Made by a program: the position numbers and the translations under genes. Positions 40,584 through 54,916 of a DNA stretch of 64,000 nucleotides are shown here, piece after piece. Under the pieces are notes generated by a model. It searched no databases and had not been told where the DNA came from. It was given only the letters and a program-made list of their open reading frames with translations. Each line of letters begins with the position of its first letter. Position 1 is the first letter of the stretch. The DNA is from Eledone cirrhosa (Eukaryota): contig OZ024743.1 in assembly GCA_964016885.1 (NCBI GenBank), forward strand, positions 221,588,001 to 221,652,000. The letters are read 5' to 3'.

Positions 40584-41237
40584 CGGTGGATTGGCAGAAT
40601 TGGTAGAGAGTTGGACATGCTTTCCAGCATAGTTACGTCCCTTTACGATCTGAGTTCAAATCCTGCCTTTCATCCTTACGAGGTCGATAAAATAAAGTAC
40701 CAGTAATGTACTAGGTTATTGCTGGTCTTGTGCCGAAACTAGAAACAATTATTATTTGCAGTATCGCTAGAGCACCAGACACCATGCTTTGCAGCATAGA
40801 GTTACGGCCCTTTATGATCTGAGTTCAAATCCCGCCGTGGTTAACTTTTCCTTTCATCCTTACGGGGTCGGTTAAATAAAGAACCAGTCACGCACTGGGG
40901 TCGATTTAATCAACCCCCCCCCCCCCCCACCTCCGAAATTGCTGGCCTATATAAGAAACCATTTTGGCAGTATCGGTAGAGGGTCCCTTTACGATCTGAG
41001 TTCAAATCCCGCCGAGGTTAACTTTGCCTTTCATCCTTACGGGGTCGATAAAATAAAGTACCAGTATTGTACTAGGTAATTGCTGGTCTTGTGCCAAAAG
41101 TAGAAACAATTATTATTTGCAGTATCGGTAGAGCGTCAGACACCATGCTGTGCAAACCTTACGGGGTCTATAAAATAAAACACCAGTAATGCGCTGGTGT
41201 AATTGCTGGTCTTGTGTCAAAAGCATAAACAATTATT
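40584..41237 (+). mobile_element. Head-to-tail cluster of four family A SINEs
   Basis: Four successive GCAG(T/A)AT(C/T)G(G/C)TAGAG heads at ~40590, 40758, 40967 and 41119, each followed by the core. Confidence 0.85.
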
Positions 41238-41684
41238 ATATATGCATCAACATTTAATTGTCAGATGATCTAACCAAGAGAAAATATGTTTCCATTTGTG
41301 TTTCCGTTGCTGATACTATCTGCCAGCCACAACAGCTGGCAGAAGGAGACCAGATTTGAACTCGACACGCTCAGAACCGGTTCCGATATCGCAAAATATT
41401 ACGCCGGAGGAGTGTTTAACAATTCTGTCACTCCAGCCTCCTTTGTCTGGTATTTTATTGACACCCGAAATGTTAAAAGGTAAAGTTTGCCTCGATGAGA
41501 TTTGAACTCAGAGAGCTGGAACAAATTCTGCAGAGGATTTTAACCTGATGCTCTACCGACTCAATCAGTTCAAGATCTGACCTTTGATTTATAGAATAAT
41601 GCTCAACTAGTTAAGACTGGTCATGTGGAATCGAGCTTGACAGCAATAATCTACTTAATCAACAAAGCATTGGTTGCATACTCC

Positions 41685-41754
<70 letters not shown>

Positions 41755-42124
41755 AACTATCTGTAGTACCTTTCCATTTTCCTTTCTCTTCATTCCTCAT
41801 CCTCCCAGTGGATTACGCTCTGCCTTTCTCCTGACAACAAGGCAGTGTTAACTTAATTTTTTTTCTCATATAATTATCTTTTCTCTCCTTTCCCTGCATT
41901 GTCCTTTTATGGCCCATACACACATATTTCTACTTGTACACCTGTCTCTAGCTTTACTTCATCTCTCTCACTCTCTCTCTCTCTCTCTCTCACTTTCATT
42001 CTTTTTCTCTTAATCTTTCTTCCAACATCCCGTCATTTTCAGTTGAAGGAAATGGACTTTTCCAAAGATATATGAACATATATTTTCTCCTTCTTCGCGC
42101 GTATTTTCAATATAACGATATATA

Positions 42125-42318
<194 letters not shown>

Positions 42319-42346
42319 CGCGCGTGTGTGTGTGTGCACATATATA

Positions 42347-42381
<35 letters not shown>

Positions 42382-44142
42382 TGCTCCCTACCGGGAATAG
42401 CAATAGTATTACAACAATATTAACTTAAGTAGTTATGAGGAAACTAGACTTTATTTTGCACAAGGAAGAATCATTTCTAAGTTATATGTATATATTGAGT
42501 TTTCTTATTTTCTTCTATATATACTTTTAGTTTTTTTTTCCTTATTTTATGATTTATTTCTTATACATTCTCACATTATCCAATATTATCCTATAAAGCT
42601 GCGGTGTTAACATTATTTGATAAAGTGTCGTAAATGAATGCTATAAAGTGTCGTGAATGAACGCCATAAAACGACGTAAAGTGCCATAAAATATAGTTGC
42701 GTAATCGATAATTCATGACAACAGTTCGTAAATTAAGTCAACCATTGCTTATTTAAAGCTTCAACGCCCCGCCACCACCACCACAAGAACAACCACCACA
42801 ACCACTACTGTCACCACAGCTACCACAATACCACCATCACCACCACAACTACCACCACTGTCACCATCACTGCCACAACCACTGCCACCACAACACCACT
42901 CCATTATGTTTCATTATTGTTAGATTATATTTCAATTCTGTTTCTCGTTTATTTATCATTTGTTCTGGATCGTGTAAACCATGTTTTGGCTTGCTTGTTT
43001 TCTCGTTCTTGATCCATTTTCTTGCAACACCTCTCCACCCATCCTTCGGTGCTGACTGACGAAATTTACGGGGTAATATGCTTCAGATAAAACCTTGTCT
43101 TCCTTGATATCAGGGTTTGAGTTCTTGTTGGAAGATATGTTTACTAACTCTGCGTAAATCGAGGAAATGAAAGAGAATCAATCAACTGGAGATCCTGTAC
43201 CTGAAAATAAAGTGCAAGTTGTTCACACACACGTGTATCCTTAACGTGATTCGCATTGAAATCTAGCGTGAGTCTTATAGCATTAGAAAAGATATGAACG
43301 TCATAACCTCATATCTTAACCTCCTCACACATACACTGAATCTAATAGAATTGATCCTGCGTTAGTGTAAACCACTGTATGTCTTTTTCTCTTTGTTACT
43401 AATCTGTATAAGTGTACGACGTATGGCCAAATGGTTAAGAAGTTCGGTTTATAATCATAAGTTCCTAGGTTTAGTCTCACTGCCTCGTATCTTTGGTTAA
43501 TACCGTTCATTATAGCTTTGGTTTATATTCCGTAGCACAAAAGACCAGACTTGTTACACATTCGGAAACGCTGAACCTCTCTGAGAATTTCATGAACAGG
43601 CTGTTCCGTTGATCAAACAACTAGAACACTCTTTGTGGAAAACGATGGAGGTTTATTCTGTCCCATCATTTGAATGTCTTCACATCAGAACGGCCAACTT
43701 TACTATAATCTCTCAAGATCACGTTGTTCTGTTGATGGAAGAACTAGAAAACTCATCGAAATCGACGGGGATCCATTCCATTACACCTGATACCACTCTG
43801 ACTTACGTTTGGAATTTAAAAGTAGAAAAGAAATGTTAAAGTATCATAGAGAGAGAGAGCAGAGTTGGAAGCATACGAATCTAAAAAGAAAAGAAAACTA
43901 TGAGTAAAAAGTGATTTATCACAGACGTCTTGTAAGGTAATGTAAATGAAGGAGAGGGGGGGGGGGGGGAGATAACAACAACTACAACTAAAATAATACA
44001 AAAGAAGACGAGACGAACAACTTAATAATGACAGTAATTAGATGTAAGACACATTTCTACTATCTTACTTAACTCTGCTGATAAATACACACATGTTAAC
44101 TTACACACACGTCTATATACTTATGCGTGTGTTTATGTGTAC

Positions 44143-44190
44143 GTTCTTCTGGTTTTATAATTTCACAAATTTTTATAAAACCAGAAGAAC
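44143..44190. repeat. Palindrome made of the R4-like element 3' terminus
   Basis: GTTCTTCTGGTTTTATAA...TTATAAAACCAGAAGAAC. Confidence 0.75.
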
Positions 44191-44239
44191 ATACATACAC
44201 ATAAATGTATGTATGTATGTATGTATGTATGTATGTATG

Positions 44240-44781
44240 TATGTATGTATGTATGTATGTTCTTTTGGTTTTATACTTTCACAAAGTTTTACCAATACAG
44301 AGAGAGTCAGTTTCTAACATAGACACAAGACTCTCTCATTGGAATTTACACATCAACTAGGTAGATTATGTATGCATGCCTGCATACAAGCAAGTGTAGA
44401 TATGGACGTTATTGTATGTGTGGATGTGGATGCTTTGAGTTGTATGTGTGCATGTGTATATGCTTTGTATCTGTACATGTGTATATGCAGTTATTAGATG
44501 CAAAATCTTTGGAATGTTTTACATATTTTTACTGTTCCATTAATGGATTGTACTTGTAATTTCCTAACTAGTTATGTTCTTTCTGTTCCTGTGAAGACTA
44601 GTTTCTCAAGATTTGTATTGAGGCAGTTACTAACATATCCCAGTGCCCCAACAATCACAGGCATGAATCTGAAGGTGTAATCAGGGTGGAGTATCTGCAG
44701 ATTTCTTATCAGTTCTGCATACATATTCTCCTTTTCGTTAATCTGTGATATTATATTGGCATCTGCTGGGCAGCTAACTTT
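44240..44781 (-). mobile_element. 5'-truncated R4/Dong-like (restriction-like endonuclease) non-LTR element in (CATA)n
   Basis: [47 protein letters not shown] matches the RLE C-terminus pattern (EK..KY..L, P.VVGALG). Both junctions abut ATGT repeats. Confidence 0.8.
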
Positions 44782-44813
44782 ATGTATGTATATAAGTATT
44801 ATGTATATGTATG

Positions 44814-44877
<64 letters not shown>

Positions 44878-44884
44878 TATTATG

Positions 44885-44980
<96 letters not shown>

Positions 44981-45032
44981 TATGTATATATGTAATGTAT
45001 GTGTATATATATGTACGTATGTATGTATATAT

Positions 45033-45103
<71 letters not shown>

Positions 45104-45453
45104 CAGCGGAAGACCAATTTACGATTGTCACGTGATACTGCGGGCTCCCTCTGCGTAGGTCACGAAATACAATGAAATAGTTAAATAATAAATGCGTTAC
45201 ACATATTCAAATTCAACTCCTCTACCTTGTTCTATCGTGTCCTACTTTATAATTGTTATATTTTATGATAGATGCTATTGGGGATTGAAGTGTTGTGACA
45301 CATCGACAGCCATGTACATACCGCACCATCTTTCTTCTTTTTATTTCATCATGTGAAACTCGATTGGCTTGTAATGCATGTTATCGTTGAATCATTACAT
45401 GTAGCGGCTACATGTCATCATACTCGGCGAATTAAACATCTTGCCCTAAAGCA

Positions 45454-45655
45454 TACGAGAGTGGGCTGAATAGTTTATAGGCTGACTGTGAAGGAGTGAT
45501 GTTAGAGCTGTCAAATCTTGCATGTATTAATTTCAACTATTTTTATTAATAACTGCAGTATTTCTTTCCAGGGACTATGTTAAAAAATAAACTTCATTTG
45601 GTCATTCCATGAGAGTATCTTTGTCAGCCTATGAACCTTTCAGTCGACTTTCATA
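45454..45655. mobile_element. Mariner-type MITE
   Basis: Homologous to 10355-10557. Confidence 0.7.
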
Positions 45656-45799
45656 TTTCGAATAAAAGACACTGCTTATGATTTTCAAATAATTCTAAAA
45701 ATAAGTAAGAATTTGGAAGGATTTAGTAATATAGATAGCGTTCTCATTGTCAAGCAAGTATTTGGAACATAACTTATCAAATGTTCTTATATAATGTTA

Positions 45800-46596
45800 C
45801 TAGCAGTAAAGCCCGGCGTTGCTCGGGGTCGCTCAGTAGCTGTGTTAAAGTTACAATGTTAAGTTTCTTTTTTGGCTTAAAAACTGTAATGTCTACTGTG
45901 CAGACTTGCATGTGGTGTTTTTGATTAATATTCCCTCAACCAACAATATGCCTTATGAAGTTAAGAAAACATAACGATAACCCGAATGTTATAACAAAAG
46001 AGGATGCTGGGGATAAAAACTGCACTGGTTATTTATTAACAAAGATCGAAAATGTAAACACTGCAACGCAGAGAAAAACATTAGCGTAACCAAATTATCA
46101 GTTATGTCTGTCTGCACGCCTATATCACCTCTCTGCACGACTGTCTGTCTGCACGCCTGAAATATTTGCTTGTTTTACGTAGTCTTTAAATAGACTTGTT
46201 TTCAAGTAAAAATATTGTTTTAAAATGCTTTTAAATGGAAATGAAGCAAAACGGAAGCTTAGTGTTCGAACTGATGAATTTTGCAGGTCAATATTTTGCT
46301 GGCTCGACAACTGTTCGTGTATTGTGTTAATGTCATTTTAAACGCTGAGAAAGCCAGCGTAATTTTTTACGTAAGACGCTCAATGTAAACAGAACAAAGG
46401 GAAATAACTGATAACTTACGCTCAAAAATCGATACATTATATTCGATTTCGTCACATAGGGTGGGTCAATTTGAAATATTTTTTTTCCGATGTCTTCGCT
46501 AGAGCAATTTTGGTGCAATTCCGTGGGAGATTCTAAGAGGAGATGTGTGCCAAAAATCGATAGACAGACAGACAACCACAGTTTTATATATATAGA
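45800..46596 (-). mobile_element. Complete non-autonomous Helitron
   Basis: The minus strand starts TCTATATATATAAAA and ends with hairpin CCCGAGCAACGCCGGG then CTTTACTGCTAG. It is inserted between A and T with no TSD. Confidence 0.85.
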
Positions 46597-46725
46597 TGAG
46601 GGAATAGTTTTAGATAAATGTAAACACTTTAAAATGCGCTGCTTAGTTTCAGAAAAGCTGGGGCCGTTGCATGCGGTTTGATCTACCCATCAAGAGAACC
46701 GTCAACTTAACATGAACTCATGTAT

Positions 46726-46801
<76 letters not shown>

Positions 46802-46870
46802 TATGAAGAGAGAAGAAACATTTAGATATAATTAGTAATAAAATGTATCATACCTAAACTGCTCCTAAAT

Positions 46871-46934
46871 TCCTCGACTACGTAGTTTCGTGGCATAAAC
46901 AAAAACAATATATCATAAAGACTTATCGAGAGGA
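46871..46934 (-). ncRNA. Degenerate hammerhead ribozyme
   Basis: TCCTC-TCGATAA-GT...AC-GAAA-CTACGTAG-TC-GAGGA. It has a 5-bp stem I, a palindromic stem III and a GUC site, but the CUGANGA core is mutated. Confidence 0.55.
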
Positions 46935-47149
46935 TACCTCATTTTACTAGTCTCAAGAACGCGTCTACACGACGTGAGAAAGAATCCCAAAAGGCGGAGG
47001 GGGAGATAGTCACGCGATATAACGGTCGAGAAACAGAGCTAAGCCTCTTTAACTCACAGTTGGGTGCGGATGCATTCATGTATATATGTGTGTGTCCGCA
47101 TGTATCTGTGTGTTTCTAAATATATTATATATATATATATATATATAAA

Positions 47150-47353
47150 ACAAAGAGGCTGTGGTAAGATACCAAGTGGACCATAACGCACCAGAGTACT
47201 TAATACTTAGGGTGGTAGAGTGGGTAATAGAAAAAGAGTCAGGACCCCGACGGCTGAGCTCCGGCCTTTTCGACAGCTAGATCCGAACTCAGTTCGAATC
47301 TAGCTGTCGAAAATGCCAGAGCTCATCCGTTGGGGTCCTGACTCTTTTCCTAT
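47150..47353 (-). mobile_element. Short asymmetric fold-back element (same family as 18513-18697)
   Basis: Near-perfect palindrome 47227-47353 plus the shared tail, flanked by TA repeats. Confidence 0.7.
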
Positions 47354-49416
47354 ATATATATATACTGTTGACCATGTTATTCTTCACTTGTTCAATATTA
47401 TTACTCCAAGATAAACTTACATAGGAATACAAGAGAAATCATACGTAAACCCCTTGTTGAGTCAAACAACGCCGTACGCTAAAACTATCCATAATACGAA
47501 TTATTCACAACCTCTAACCGGATTACCTTTAACGATATTTTGTTATCCTTTATATATATATACGTGCTTCTGCATTTTCCATCTACCAAATTCCACTCAC
47601 AAGGCATTGGTCAACCAGAAACTACAGCAGAAGATGATTCACCAAAGTAACTCGAACTTAGAACCACGTTCAATAATATTTTGATAGTTACAGTAGAAAA
47701 AAAGGGTGGCATAGTTAGTGTTGTTGTTATTATTGTTGTTTTGACTCGTCTATTTATGTAATATTATTTGTAAACCAGATTTGAGTTGACCTCAAGAAAA
47801 TAACTTAAATAAATAATTAAATAAATAAATATATAAATATATAAATATGAATAAATAATGAATAAATAAATAAACCGATCGATAAAGATTCAATAATCAG
47901 AAATTTGTTAAAAGCTTCATGTCGTGATGAAATGCTCAAACACAACAGACACAAATACACCATTTTTATATTATTTTAGTTAAATTACTAAGGTTTTTTT
48001 TTTGTCTTGTATTTTATGTTTTGTATTTGTTTTGTTGTTTGGGTCGTTTTTCTTTTAGGCGGTGTTTGGACATTGCAATACTAGAGATGACTATTATTAG
48101 TGTTATTTTTTTTTGTTGCTATCATTATTTATTCATTTGTTAATATTTTCATCATCATCATCGTAATAAAAATCATCTTCCACCACCAACATTATTATTA
48201 TTATTGTTGTTGTTGTTGTTGTCAATACCATCATGGTCTGTTTAACAGATTTTTCATTTTCTTTTTATCGCTGTTGCTAAATAAATCTTCATTTCAGTTC
48301 CAACGAAGAATTTTTACTTTTTGGTTTTGTTTTTTGTTTGGTTTTGTTGTTTTTAATTCATTAAATAACTATGTATTATTGTTATTGTGAAAAACTGAAA
48401 AACTAGGATATTAAGAGCCAATTCTTGTATCAATAACTAAAATTCTATATAATAATGTTTTATCAACTAAATTGAAACTAATTGTAAACTGCTAAAATCT
48501 TAGAAAGACTTTTAATGTCTTTTAAATTCTTCACAGTTTAAAAAGGTATGATTCGCTGAGTTCAAATAAAGACCTAAACTTGTCCAAACATTCGAGTTTA
48601 CAAACTATTGCCGATCCTAAACTGATAAATGTTTAGTTATTCAGTAGCCATCATAAAAGTCATATCATGGCTCAGGTTATTAGTGTAAAGGAGACCAATT
48701 ATAAATTGATCATGAGTCAATATTACTGAAGCCCGTCCAGAAATAACATTTTAAAAACTGTTGTTAATCCTAAACTGATGTGTATTTATTAGCCATCCTA
48801 AACATCGTGTCACAGCGCAAGGATTTGAACTCGGAATAGAGATAACTGGGGCAAATGCCACCATACATTTTAACCCGACGCTCTAGCGATTTTGCTTCTT
48901 CACCAAATATAATGTAATACAATACTGTATTATAATAGTATAATATAATATAATACTGTATTATAATAGTATAATATAATGTAGTTTATAGAACCGTCCA
49001 TTCGTGATAGTCATGTGGTAATGAAGATTTCAATAAGTTGAGATGTGTAAAAACCAAAATATAACAAATGTATCATATTCACATAATAGATGGATTTTAT
49101 CGTTTGAAAAGTCTGAAAGTTCATTTGAAATGAAATGAGAATCAACGTTAAAATTTCCAATACTGAATATTAATGTAATATCTGAGTTATTCAAATTATA
49201 GCGCATAACACTATTAACATTAAAATGCAAATATATATTTTAATAATTCAGTAACTATATATGTATATTGTGAGAAATCAGACTAACCTATATTTGTGAA
49301 GAGACGTGTAAAACAAGTACGATTTCAAAATAGGTACAGATCTAGCGTTCTAATTAAAGTGTGGACATCGTAACAATGTGGCTTCGAGGTTTGGGTTCAA
49401 TCCCACCACGCAGTAC

Positions 49417-49758
49417 CCTGGGGAAATGTTACCTACCAGTACCTAGCATTGACCTAGCTAGACTGAAACCATTTAATGCTCTGTTGGATTGGGTGGTAGA
49501 CTAAATCTGTCAAACATATTTAACATCCCCAGCTGATACTTCGGAGACCTTAGCTTTTTAATATGTAAAGACAACCTCTTATAGTTCCTGGGGAAATGTT
49601 ACCTACCATTACTTAGGATTGACCTAGCTAGACTGAAACTATTTAATGCTCTGCTGGTTTGGGTGGTAGACTAAATCTGTCACTCATATTTAACATCCCC
49701 AGCTGATTCTTCGTAGACCTTAGCTTTTTAATATGTAAAGACAGCCTCTTATAGTTCC
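49417..49758. repeat. 170-bp tandem duplication
   Basis: CCTGGGGAAATGTTACCTACCA starts at 49417 and 49587, and the two units align throughout. Confidence 0.9.
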
Positions 49759-50145
49759 ATATGTACCAAGTGAATGACAAACTATTTTCACATTTGTTTA
49801 CGTTTTCAAGAGATGTTCATAAAGTCTAGATATACCTACATTAAAGCTATAACGTGTGTGTATGTGTGGGTGGATATGTATACTGTGTTATTGAATTATG
49901 TAGATTTTATACATAACTATTTTCTTCACTTCTCTCTTTCTCTCACTCTCCACACACACTCATGTGTATGTGTACATATATATACATACATATATATATA
50001 TATACATATATATATATACATATACAGACATACATATATATATACATATGCATACATATACATATACATACATATACATACATATATGCATACATACATA
50101 TACACACATATGTATATACATATACATACATATACATATATATAC

Positions 50146-50194
<49 letters not shown>

Positions 50195-51406
50195 CATACA
50201 TATACGTATACATATATATACATATATATATATGCATATCTATATATACATACATACAACATTTAAATATGCCACTAATATGAAGAAAAGAAAGATCTTT
50301 GTTGTTGGTGTGTGATGCGAGTCGAAGGTCAGATATATAGAAAATTAGATAGATAGGAATTTTATTCGTAGTGCCAAATATCCCTATTAATACCATTTAG
50401 ATTGTTCGAATATATATAATGAATCTCGAATTAGCCAGACATATATAACATATAATTGTTTTTCTTTTCATAATTCGAAGACAATGCTTCTTTTTCAAAC
50501 GAAAGCTTACTGCTAAATTTGACATGAAAATCTATCATTTAATTTACAGATAGCGTGATAGAGAAAACGTAGAGGGGAGTTGTAAATAAAAGATACAGTT
50601 TCGAAACAATATGACTATTATATTTTCAATAGTGAAGGCGCGTGGTGAAGGCTTAGTGGTTAGGTTGTCAGATTCGAAAGTTCGTGAGATCTGCTCCTGG
50701 ACACCAAGCAGTGCAGTGTGTCTTTAAGCAAGACACTGTATTTCATGTTACTCCAGTCTACTCGAATGACAAATTTTGCTGTAGATGTGATTGAAGAGGC
50801 TGACCTTTTCATTCACTATGACACCTTGAAGTGTGCATGTGTCTGCAGAATGCTCGGTCACTGCAGATTAATTTCATGGGCAAGCTGTTTCGTTGTTTGA
50901 ACAACAAACACTCATTGTTGAAAGCGGTGATGATCCTACACATATTCAATGGTAAAGGCGCGTGGTGAAGGCTTTGTGGTTAGGGTGTTATGCTCATGAT
51001 AGCAAAGTTGTTTCTGTAACTGGACCGGACAGCAGTCCGCTGTGACGTTCATTTCGCGTTGCTTAATTCCATTGAGCTTAAAAGGAAATTAGAACCAGCA
51101 ACGGGAGGATAACTCTGCGACAGACTGGTGTCACGTTTAGTGGGAGAAGTTTCTTGTCATTTCACTTGCTTGATACTAATGAAACTGGGATAATCTCCGG
51201 CTAGATAAGCCTAGGGGTTTACAGACTTTACATATACCCTGCTCAAAGCTAAAGAATTGGCAGAGCCGTTAGAAAGTCGAATAGAATGTTTCATTGTATT
51301 CCTTCGAGTGGTTTGTTTTGAAATTCAAGCGCGCGCACCAAGGTAAATTTTACATTTCATCGATTCTTTCTTTCTCTCTCTCTCACACACATACGCACAC
51401 ACACAT

Positions 51407-51474
<68 letters not shown>

Positions 51475-51488
51475 TCTTTCTCCTTCCA

Positions 51489-51549
<61 letters not shown>

Positions 51550-51707
51550 GAAGGACATGGCTGTGTTCAGACGTGGAGTGTGATGCCTCTACCAGGTTTA
51601 AGAAATCAGGGATAGATGAATGGATGGATAGGTCATGGACAAATGATAGAAACGAAAAGAAACGTATGAAACATTTTACAACCATTAGATTTAAATCGCG
51701 TAAAGAG

Positions 51708-51922
51708 TAAAAACCCCCTTCGGTCACGAATGACCATGGAATTTGCACCTAGAAAGTTCCCCTCCGAGGAACAAGTCCGGGCAGTCGCCCATGCATACCA
51801 CTCTCCCCTCTCCACGCCACCGATGTTGTGCAAGGGAAAGGCAATGGCCGATACAGCTTGGCACCAGTGACGTCGCAACTCACTTCTACAGCTGAGTAAA
51901 CTGGAGCAACGTGAAATAAATA
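51708..51922 (-). mobile_element. Second SINE family (headless copy); degenerate relatives at ~15070, 50630 and 50950
   Basis: TTTCACGTTGCTCCAGTTTACTCAGCTG core, with similar cores following tRNA-like heads elsewhere in the window. Confidence 0.6.
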
Positions 51923-52017
51923 TTAATATATACAAGTTTTTAGAAGCGGTCAAGTGATATGGTAGTTACGACACACAGACAGATTTGATAAACATTATCA
52001 TATGAGGATTATTAGGG

Positions 52018-52207
52018 CGGTGGATTGGCAGTATCGGTAGAGGGTCGGACGCCATGCTTTGACGTATAGAGTTATGGCCCTTGCCATTCTGAGTTCAAAT
52101 CCAGCCGAGGTTAACTTTGCCTTTCATCCTTACGGGGTCGATAAAATAAAGTACCAGTAATGAACTGGGTAATTTGCTGGCCTTGTGCCAAAAGTAGAAA
52201 CAATTAT
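52018..52207 (+). mobile_element. SINE family A, best-preserved copy
   Basis: Pol III box A TGGCAGTATCGG, box B GTTCAAATCC, Nin/Deu-like core and an AT tail. Confidence 0.9.
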
Positions 52208-52409
52208 CATATAGGTTACTCATGAACGAAGTATGTCTGCATGATTGTTATCATAATTATAATTATGTCAGCATGAATATAATCAGAATTAACAATATCC
52301 TTATTATTATATATAGATTGCTTCTATTTACTTGATATAAACCCCACTTTGTGTTGTCATTCTTGTATTGAGAACAAGCTCATGTACTCTTGTTTCCTAT
52401 GTGGAGCTG

Positions 52410-53703
52410 ATGATGATGGTGATAACGGTTGATGTTGTTGAGGGTGGTGGTAGTAGTAGTAGTTGTTGCAGTGGTCGTGGTCGAGGTAGTGCTGGTTGTC
52501 GTGGTAATCGCCGTCGTCATATTCGTGGCGGTGATAGTGGTGGTGGTGATGGCGGTGATAGTGGTGGTGGAGATGGTGGTGGTGATGGCGGTGATAGTGG
52601 TGGTGGTGATGGTGGTGGTGATGGCGGTGATAGTGGTGGTGGTGATGGTGGAGATGGTGGTGATGGTGGTGGTGATGGTGGTGGTGGAGATGGTGGTGAT
52701 GTTGGTGGTGGTGGTGGTGGTGGTGGTGGTGGTGATGGTGGGTGATGGTGGTGGTGACGGTGGTGGTGATGGTGTTGATGGTGGAGATGGTGGTGATGTT
52801 GGTGGTGGTGGTGGTGGTGGTGGTGGTGGTGATGGTGGTGATGGTGTTGATGGTGGAGATGGTGGTGATGGTGGTGGTAATGGTGGTGGTGACGGTGGTG
52901 GTGATGGTGTTGATGGTGGTGATGTTGTTGTTGTTGGTGGTGGTGGTGGTGGTGATGGTGGTGGTGATGGTGGTGATGGTGTTGATGGTGGATATGGTGG
53001 TGATGGTGGTGGTGGTGGTGGTGGTGATGGTGGTGGTGGTGGTGGTGATGGTGGTGATGGTGTTGATGGTGGAGATGGTGGTGATGGTGATGGTGGTGAT
53101 GGTGGTGATGGTGGTGGTGCTGGTGGTGATGGTGATGGTGGTGATGGTGGTGGTAATGGTGGTGGTGACGGTGGTGGTGGTGGTGGTGGTGGTGATGGTG
53201 GTGATGGTGTTGATGGTGGAGATGGTGGTGATGTTGGTGGTGGTGGTGGTGGTGATGGTGGTGATGGTGGTGATGGTGATGGTGATGATGGTGATGGTGA
53301 TGGTGGTGATAGTCTTGGTGGAGATGGTGGTGATGGTGATGGTGGTGATAGTCTTGGTGGAGATGGTGGTGATGGTGGTGATGGTGGTGATAGTGGTGGT
53401 GGTGGTGATGGTGGTGGTGATGGTGGTGATGGCTGTGATGGCGGTGATAGTGGTGGTGATGGTGTTGATGGTGGTGGTGGCGATGGTGGTGGTGGTGATG
53501 GCGGTGATAGTGGTGGTGGTGATGGCGGTGATAGTGGTGGTGGTGGTGGTGGTGATAGTGGTGGTGGTGACGGTGGTGATGGTGGTGGTGGTGATGGCGG
53601 TGATAGTGATGGCGGTGATGGCAGTGATAGTGGTGGTGGTGACGGTGGTGATGGTGGTGCTTTTCTTATTGCTTGCTATTGTTTGTATTGCGATTGCTTT
53701 GTA

Positions 53704-53771
<68 letters not shown>

Positions 53772-54044
53772 GGTGGTGGTGGTGGTGGTGGTATGATGGT
53801 TGGAGGGTTGTTATTGTTGTATAGTCGTGGTAGTGATGGTGGTGGATGTCGTTATGGCAACGGTGGCTTTGGTGGTAGTCGTGGTGGGGTGATGGTGTGA
53901 GGGTTGTTATTGTTTTTGTTGTTGTGGTAGTGGTGATCGTGGTGGTGCTGGGCGGTGATGATGATGATGATGATACTGAAAAATACGCTCTCAGTAGACC
54001 TCTGTGATGATGATGATAATGATGATGATGATGAAGATGATGAA

Positions 54045-54091
<47 letters not shown>

Positions 54092-54596
54092 CGATGATGA
54101 CGACGACGCTGCTGATAATGCTGATGATGATGATGACGACGACGCTGATGATAATGGTGATGATGATGACGACGCTGCTGCTGACAATGCTGATGATGAT
54201 GATGACGGTGACGCTGCTGATGACGAGCCCTCTGCTGCTACTGCCAAACCCTATCAGTAGACCACTGTTCTATATATACCAGCCTATATTCTCTGCTCGC
54301 CTTGAGTGGGGAAAAAATATCATTTTTCTCACAGTTTTCCGAAATCAAAAAAATGTCATTGTTTCCTATAATCTACAGAACAATGTAAGGACATTGTTGT
54401 TTAGAATTGTGACAATATCACATACACATAGAATGATAGTATCACATCATTTTGAAAGCGATGGAGGAGTGGTGGAGAGAAGGGTGGGGGCGGGTTGGCG
54501 GAGAAAAAACGAAACTTGCTTCTCTATGATACCAGATAATATTGCGGATGTTGTTGCTTTTCTTGTTGCTTGCTATTGTTTGTATTGCATTGTTTT

Positions 54597-54654
<58 letters not shown>

Positions 54655-54704
54655 TAGTAGTAGTAGTGGTGGTAGTAGTAGTGGTAGTAGTAGGGGGTAG
54701 TAGC

Positions 54705-54776
<72 letters not shown>

Positions 54777-54807
54777 AGTAGTAGTGGTAGTAGTAGGGGG
54801 TAGTAGC

Positions 54808-54857
<50 letters not shown>

Positions 54858-54861
54858 GGGG

Positions 54862-54916
<55 letters not shown>

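Noticed and set aside
52018-52110. tRNA gene
   Set aside because: A and B boxes are present, but there is no cloverleaf and the sequence continues into the SINE core.
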